From Octopus sinensis (taxonomy: Eukaryota), in contig NW_021825754.1 in assembly GCF_006345805.1 (NCBI RefSeq), positions 1 to 14,738 on the forward strand: a stretch of DNA of 14,738 bases, given 5' to 3'. Shown here piece by piece: positions 9,321 through 14,738 of this stretch. Both the position numbers and the translations under genes were made by a program. Below the pieces are notes generated by a model, which searched no databases, was not told where the DNA came from, and worked only from the letters and a program-made list of their open reading frames with translations. How positions within the stretch are numbered: the stretch's first letter is position 1; each line of letters opens with the position of its first letter.

Positions 9321-9581
9321 AAAATGGTAAGACAACAAAAGAAAGGGACCTCGATATTATGTAAATAGACGAATTTATCTGTTTGTGACAATTATTCGGT
9401 AGCCATGATAAAACTCCGAGTTTCGGATGCCGAGGTAGAAATCCACGCCGCCATTTCTTCAGGTATCCGGCCATCGGAAAAATGTCTTGTAAAAGAAAGC
9501 TTTCCATCTCATGCGCATTTTTACCATGGCTGCCGAATAAAGAACAACTTATTTATAATTGTACTTTTATATTTGATATTT

Positions 9582-9584
<3 letters not shown>

Positions 9585-9642
<58 letters not shown>

Positions 9643-9767
9643 TGTATATCAATATATATATATACAGATTCGCATACACATATATATGTATATGCAGATA
9701 CACACGCACACATAACACATACATACATATATTCATACATACATACATACATACATACATACATACA

Positions 9768-9800
<33 letters not shown>
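9585..9800. repeat. (TA)n followed by (TACA)n microsatellite
   Basis: Direct reading. Confidence 0.95.
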
Positions 9801-9801
<1 letters not shown>

Positions 9802-9840
9802 CTCTGGTCAGGGGTGTAACCAACTTCAATATACGCCCTG

Positions 9841-9940
9841 TGTTCAAATTCCGCCGAGGTTGACTTTGCGTGCTGGGATCGATCTAATCGACTGGCCCCC
9901 TCCACCAAATTTTCGGGCCTTGTGCCTAGAGTAGAAAGGA
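9841..9940 (+). mobile_element. SINE family B, 5'-truncated and internally deleted
   Basis: tgttcaaattccgccgaggttgactttgc is joined directly to gtgctgggatcgatctaatcgac; the intervening cctttcatcc...aagtaccag segment seen in 14025-14225 is missing. Confidence 0.8.
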
Positions 9941-10077
9941 ATATACACCACTGAATAACTAAAAGGAGAGGCAAAATCAATGGCGGTGTCTCTACATGGC
10001 TTCCTAGAAAGGAATATACACCACTGAATAACTAAAAGGAGAGGCAAAATCAATGGCGGTGTCTCTACATGGCTTCC
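9932..10077 (+). repeat. Perfect 73-bp tandem duplication
   Basis: 9932-10004 is identical to 10005-10077. Confidence 0.97.
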
Positions 10078-10079
10078 TT

Positions 10080-10232
10080 GGGTGCTAGAAATAACGGCAA
10101 ATCTCTCTTAAATTACTGCATGAATCGTTTGGATTGGATGGTTTACTTCTAGATACGAAATATTCGAGAGGATTCAGGATAGCCATGGATGGAATACATT
10201 TGATTAAAATAGACAGGGCAAACAACATCAAA
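10080..10232 (+). mobile_element. Family C copy, diverged
   Basis: Begins gggtgctagaaataacggcaaatctctcttaaattac; ends cagggcaaacaacatcaa (AAC-like tail). Confidence 0.5.
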
Positions 10233-10425
10233 AACATACAATTAAATGGGCCCTCGAGTGAATCAGGGAACTCCACAGGTCCCTGAATATCGAGATTAAT
10301 CAATGTTTAATGCATGTTATCTCTCGTTTATTACTCATAATAATGTATGACGCTAAGAAAGTAATTCTCATCTTCAGTTAATCAAGGTTCCCCACTTATG
10401 ACATTTACGCTTTTCTTTTATTTCT

Positions 10426-10555
10426 CTTCCCAATCACATGGTTCCGGGTTCAGTCCCACTGCGTGACATCTTGGGCAGGTCTTTTACTATAGCCTCGGGC
10501 CGAACAAAGCTTTGTGAATGGTTCGGTAGACTGAAAGAAATCCGTCGTATATTGT
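10426..10555 (+). mobile_element. SINE family A head with CORE-like domain (no A box, no 3' body)
   Basis: cacatggttccgGGTTCAGTCCC (B box 10447-10457), gcgtgacatcttgggcagg; aligns with the reverse complement of 1395-1520. Confidence 0.85.
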
Positions 10556-10700
<145 letters not shown>

Positions 10701-10714
10701 TATCCATTTACCTA

Positions 10715-10861
10715 ACTTGTATCTTTGAGATTTCTACGATGTAACTGTTCATTTTTAGAATGACTTTGTAGTTTAGATGTGAGAGGTTTGATCTAGCTGG
10801 TTTCAATATAAGATAGGTAGAATATTTGGGCCTGGTATGGCCAGTTTAAATGCTAAAGGGT
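10715..10861. mobile_element. One arm of a small non-autonomous DNA transposon (piggyBac-like AGGG terminus)
   Basis: Ends gccagtttaaatgctaaagggt, resembling an Octopus MITE I recall as ending aatgctaaagggttaa; the partner TIR and TTAA are absent here. Confidence 0.45.
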
Positions 10862-10957
10862 GTCTCACTCCCTTACATCTCGCTTGCACTAATCCAGATT
10901 TTCTTAGTCTCTGCTCCATTGCTAAATGTTCGTTGGACCTATGTTAGGTGATTCCGT

Positions 10958-11065
10958 TCTTTTACTCTTTTATTTGTTTCACTCATTAAACTGTAGCCAT
11001 GCTGGGGCACCACCTTGAGGTTTTAGTCGAATAAATCGATCCCAGTAATTATATTTTAAGCCTAG
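10958..11065 (-). mobile_element. SINE family A 3' end, diverged
   Basis: cttttactcttttatttgtttcactcattaaactgtagccatgctggggcaccacc...agtcgaataaatcgatccc aligns with 1120-1215. Confidence 0.8.
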
Positions 11066-11273
11066 ATGTTTTTGTAACTATTTTCACAAGGAAAGCCTAG
11101 TGAGGAAGAGGCCAGTTTTGCCGCCAACGATCCTACCATGCAATAAATTATACCGGACTACATTTTACCTGTAGCACACGCGAGCAAGCAGACATATGTT
11201 GGAATTATACCATATTTAAAAACGCAAGGAGTTCCCTGTTTTCGCCGAACAAATTGAACCACCGATAAAATAC

Positions 11274-11360
11274 ATAGCGGTATTTAGTTGCACCTTTTTA
11301 TATCCGGAATTCAAATCCCGCTGAAAACTTTGCCTTTCATTCTTTCAAAAGGTGATAAAA
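11274..11360 (+). mobile_element. SINE family B fragment, highly diverged
   Basis: tagcggtatttag...ggaattcaaatcccgctg...actttgcctttcattctttc. Confidence 0.55.
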
Positions 11361-11365
11361 ATGTA

Positions 11366-11414
11366 TGACGTCAATCGGCCGCTGTATCACGTCAATCGGT
11401 CACGTCAATCGGCC
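11366..11414. promoter_or_regulatory. Triplicated ACGTCAATCGG motif; candidate CRE/ATF-type bZIP site cluster
   Basis: TGACGTCA at 11366-11373; TCACGTCA at 11387-11394 and 11400-11407; function is inference only. Confidence 0.3.
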
Positions 11415-11549
11415 ACTCTAGCCTTCAAATATATGACCATGTACGTAATATAGAAATTAATATAGCGTTTGTTACTGCTGTATTGAAATATTTGGTAATC
11501 AATCTCTCTTCTTTTATATTGTTGAATTGGAAAATTGTTAGAATTATTA

Positions 11550-11722
11550 GGGCGTGTGACTAAATGTTTTGTGGTATTTAGTTACGACCCTTTACATGCC
11601 GAGTTCAAATCACGCCAAGGTCAATCTGCTGCTCATCGTTAGTACCAGTCAAATACTAGGTTCAGTATCAGTGATTGTACCCTCCCTCAAAATGTCTGGC
11701 TTTGTGATTATGTAAAATAAAA
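11550..11722 (+). mobile_element. SINE family B, highly diverged
   Basis: gagttcaaatcacgccaaggtcaa (B box region), agtaccagtc, and a tail resembling cctccc..aaatgtctggctttgtg. Confidence 0.6.
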
Positions 11723-11843
11723 ATATTGCCGTGTATACCTTGGTTAACCTTGATCAAACAGAATTATGACCATCTCGTCATTATATTGCTGTGTATACCT
11801 TGGCTAACCTTGATCGAACAGAATTATGACCATCTCATCATTA
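11723..11843 (+). repeat. 60-bp tandem duplication with 4 transitions
   Basis: 11723-11782 vs 11783-11842; differences at 11730/11790, 11744/11804, 11756/11816 and 11777/11837. Confidence 0.95.
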
Positions 11844-11844
11844 C

Positions 11845-11914
11845 CCAGTATATCTACTATTTAAAGCAATAGGCCATGATTCTGAGGGATGGTTTCACTG
11901 CTATTTTTAGCAGG
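11845..11914 (-). mobile_element. Family C fragment
   Basis: Reverse complement cctgctaaaaatagcagtgaaaccatccctcagaatcat matches the family C motif. Confidence 0.45.
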
Positions 11915-12189
11915 GCGGAACCAACACACTCCTTGTCTCTGTCATTCAAAACCCAAAGTAACTTTTGTGGTTATAAGACTTTCCTTTTACATGTTGTTAT
12001 TAATAGCAGTATTTTCCGCAGACCGTACATACTTCTCCGGAGCGCTAGTTTCTGAGATTTACATATGCAAGATTTACTTGGCAGCGATTCGATTTTCTTT
12101 GTGTCACGCTTCACTACCCGCAACGCTGCAATAACTACAGGGACTGTTCTTATGTTCATGTTCCGCTTCACTGATATTTCTATTTCCAG

Positions 12190-12240
12190 GGTTTTATATT
12201 TGAAAGATTTTTCGATCTCTTCTACTGCACCGCTGCTGTT
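12190..12240 (+). other. Candidate 51-nt cassette exon (unverified)
   Basis: ctgatatttctatttccAG acceptor, 51 nt open in two frames (e.g. [17 protein letters not shown]), GTATGT donor at 12241; no homology recognised. Confidence 0.2.
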
Positions 12241-12242
12241 GT

Positions 12243-12269
12243 ATGTGCATATATATCTATATATATATA

Positions 12270-12325
<56 letters not shown>

Positions 12326-12383
12326 TATATATAGGTGTATATGTATATGTATATGTATATGTATGTATATTATATATATATGC

Positions 12384-12420
<37 letters not shown>
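12243..12420. repeat. (TA)n/(TGTATA)n microsatellite field
   Basis: Direct reading. Confidence 0.95.
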
Positions 12421-12588
12421 TGGATATCTTACATAACAGTATTAGTAGTCCGTAAGGTTTCTATTTCCGTACATAATACACACTTGTATACATAATCACA
12501 TACAGGCATATACACATACATACATATACGGTCTCACACATGCTTGCAGGCGAACACACGCTTCCATACATGCGCACAAATATAAACA

Positions 12589-12736
12589 TGGCCAGCAGGC
12601 AAAATCGTTAGAGGGTTTTGAGTGTTTATAGTCTAAGTTCAAACTCCGCCGTCATCCAATCGGGGTGATGAAATAAAGTACCAGTTGCGTACTGAGGTTG
12701 ATTGCAATGACTGGCCTTGTGCCTAAAATTCAGAAG
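12589..12736 (+). mobile_element. SINE family B, diverged with internal deletions
   Basis: aaaatcgttag, ctaagttcaaactccgccg, aaataaagtaccagttgcgtactgagg, ctggccttgtgcctaaaatt. Confidence 0.7.
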
Positions 12737-12758
12737 TCACACACACACGCACACACAT

Positions 12759-12832
<74 letters not shown>
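12737..12832. repeat. (CA)-(TA)n-(GA)n compound microsatellite
   Basis: Direct reading. Confidence 0.95.
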
Positions 12833-12833
<1 letters not shown>

Positions 12834-12835
12834 AA

Positions 12836-13010
12836 TCACAAGACGAAGACAGGTGGTGTAGACAACAAACAGATGCATTAGTATACGCCCGGGAAGTGAA
12901 AAGTCTATAACGTTTCGAGCCTACGCTCTTCCTCAGAAAGGAACACCGAAAGAAAACAAGGAGAGCTAGGGAGGAGCATATAGGCGCGCATGTTGCTTGC
13001 GATTTCCAGA
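12836..13010 (-). mobile_element. Probable Penelope-like element (PLE)-derived non-coding fragment carrying a hammerhead motif
   Basis: Contains the motif listed next; PLE assignment is inferred from the motif type; no RT or GIY-YIG coding sequence visible; boundaries approximate. Confidence 0.5.
12901..12942 (-). ncRNA. Minimal type-I hammerhead ribozyme motif
   Basis: Minus strand CCUUU-CUGAGGA-A-GAGC-GUAG-GCUC-GAAA-CGUU-AUAGAC: intact CUGANGA and GAAA boxes, perfect 4-bp stem II, palindromic ACGU in place of stem III, stem I 3 of 4 bp. Confidence 0.75.
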
Positions 13011-13114
13011 GGTAGTTGTGAATAGTAAGAAATGACACCAGTGCAGACAACACTGTTTCAATTCTCGAAAATTCTCACATATTTGCAATTGCATTCATCA
13101 TTTGATTCAGTCGT

Positions 13115-13176
13115 GTTCAATGCACCGGTTCTCGTCCGATCACCGAAGTTACGCAGCGTCGAACCTAGTTAGTATT
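13115..13176 (+). pseudogene. 5S rRNA-derived fragment (about nt 18-79 of 5S)
   Basis: gttcaatgCACCGGTTCTCGTCCGATCACCGAAGTTAcgcagcgtcgaacctagttagtatt; the 29-nt block 13123-13151 matches invertebrate 5S rRNA as I recall it; box A and the intermediate element are present, box C and the 3' third are missing. Confidence 0.85.
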
Positions 13177-13187
13177 CACACACACAC

Positions 13188-13220
<33 letters not shown>
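13177..13220. repeat. (CA)-(TA)n microsatellite
   Basis: Direct reading. Confidence 0.95.
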
Positions 13221-13222
<2 letters not shown>

Positions 13223-13401
13223 TTTATGTTGTGTCATACATAGCTTACGCTAGTCTGTGAGCAGTAACAATCAATCAGGCATTCAGTTTTCTCGCCGTCT
13301 TTCAGGGTTAGAATCAGATGATATAACTATTGTTTCTAGCAATCATATTCATCCATTCTTTTGGGGGTATTTGATCGTGTGACTGCTTCAGCAGGCCTGA
13401 C

Positions 13402-13477
13402 GCCGCCGCTGCCATCACGACCAAGATCACGATACGACCACAACCACCACGACGACCACGACCACACCACCACACGA
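13402..13477. repeat. Degenerate (ACC/ACG)n trinucleotide repeat
   Basis: gccgccgctgccatcacgacc...acgaccacaaccaccacgacgaccacgaccacaccaccac. Confidence 0.75.
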
Positions 13478-13800
13478 TGAGCACATTTTAGATTTCTTCC
13501 ATTCAAAGGAGATTTCGACCTAATATTTACATGCAATTATTTATAGCTTTATCTACTTCGAGTTTAACCTTTAAAAGCAAATAAATAATTATCTCACGAA
13601 CGAATGGCGATAAATGTAACAAATTGCTTGACCTTTCAGCGCTCAGCTCAGTGTTATCTATCAACAACACTTGCAGATATCCTAACAAGCAATAACAGCT
13701 AATAGTTCAACTGATAATGTCAGAGAACAAGGACTACAATTTGCCAGGAAATTAATCACCGTATCAGTGATTCCGAGTATCAACTAATTAGGTGTATTAA

Positions 13801-14022
13801 GGCGGCGAGCTGGCAGAATCGTTAGCACACCGAGTAAAATACTTAGGTCAGTCTTTCCGTTCTGAGTTCAAATTCGGCCAGAGTGGACTTGGTCTTTCAT
13901 CCTTTCGGAGCCAATAAAATAAGTACCAGTTGAACACTGGGGTCGATGAAATCGACTGAACCCCCACTTCTCAAATTACTGGCCTTGTGCCAATATTTGA
14001 AACCAATATTATAATTACTATT
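13801..14022 (+). mobile_element. SINE family B, full length, tail type ii
   Basis: A box TGGCAGAATCG 13811-13821; B box GAGTTCAAATTC 13864-13875; AT-rich tail. Confidence 0.9.
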
Positions 14023-14024
14023 AA

Positions 14025-14225
14025 GGCAGCGAGCTGGCAGAGGCGTTAACACGTCGGGCAAAATGCTTAGCAGCATTTCGTCCGTCTTCATGTTCTGAGT
14101 TCAAATTCCGCCGAGGCCGACTTTGCCCTTCATCATTTCGAGGTCGATTAAATAAGTACCAGTGGAGAGTTTGGGTCGATGTAATCGACATATCCCCACC
14201 CCCGAAATTGCTGGCCTTGTGCCAA
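14025..14225 (+). mobile_element. SINE family B, second tandem copy, 3'-truncated at gtgccaa
   Basis: A box 14035-14045; B box 14097-14109; collinear with the preceding copy at a 224-nt offset. Confidence 0.9.
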
Positions 14226-14489
14226 CCTCTCTAAGTGTCGACGTGTGAGTCGGAGAGAAGGAACAGGAGAGGGTACTTGCTCCTGGGGTTTCAGGGAAAT
14301 CGCGGACAGTGAGGTTCCTCGATTATCCCTAGAAGCGTTCCTGTATTAGGAGTGCCACATCTCAATCATCCCGCCTCTTTTTTTTTTTACCTTTGTATGG
14401 TATGCATATGTCCCTTCTTTTCCAGTGTATACCGTGTATACTTTATTTTATTATATTTTTTTTTATTATTTCATATATATATAGACCCC

Positions 14490-14675
14490 CATCTTTATGT
14501 CTGTCTCTGTATTGTCCCACCCCAATCCTTCGTCCCCGTAACTTAGCGGTTCGGCAAAAGAGAACGATAGGATATGTACTAGGCTTACAAAGAATAAGTC
14601 CTGGGGTCGATTTGCTCGACTAAAGGTGGTGCTCCCCATGACCACAGTCAAATGACTGAAAACAGTAAAAGAGTA
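14490..14675 (+). mobile_element. SINE family A 3' body with an internal deletion
   Basis: cgtccccgtaacttagcggttcggcaaaag...ctggggtcgatttgctcgactaaagg...cagtcaaatgactgaaaacagtaaaagagta; preceded by a short (TA) tract. Confidence 0.9.
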
Positions 14676-14738
14676 TACCTTCTACTGCCTATGGTAACAT
14701 ATTTTAAGATGGAATGACGTCGTTGTTATTTAGCACCT

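Noticed and set aside
11091-11145. Possible terminal exon (KPSEEEASFAANDPTMQ*) followed by AATAAA
   Set aside because: Weak AAG acceptor directly after a SINE fragment, no recognisable homology, very short.
13640-13790. Possible exon after a ctttcag acceptor
   Set aside because: Stop codons in all three frames before any plausible donor.
13801-13880. SINE heads as functional tRNA genes
   Set aside because: A and B boxes are present, but there is no acceptor stem or cloverleaf, the box spacing is extended, and the sequence continues into a repeat body.

Overview
Repeat-rich, AT-rich eukaryotic non-coding DNA, most likely intron or intergenic sequence of an octopod cephalopod (Octopus). The organism is inferred from recognising the SINE families; no database was searched. 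There is no convincing host protein-coding gene, and nearly all tracked ORFs are microsatellite read-throughs. The window is a mosaic of: (A) a tRNA/CORE-type SINE with an internal microsatellite; (B) a second tRNA-derived SINE with alternative 3' tails, in tandem and dimeric arrangements; (C) a third diverged repeat marked by a CTGCTA-GAAA-TAGCAG hairpin; a 5'-truncated Tx1/L1-clade LINE remnant nested inside a family-A SINE; a TIR-bounded MITE-like element; a possible RTE remnant; a 5S rRNA-derived fragment; and many SSRs. Family letters A, B and C are working labels. The most notable signal is a minimal type-I hammerhead ribozyme motif with an intact catalytic core on the minus strand (12901-12942), of the kind associated with Penelope-like elements. 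Also notable is a shared 3' terminus between SINE family B and the Tx1-like LINE.
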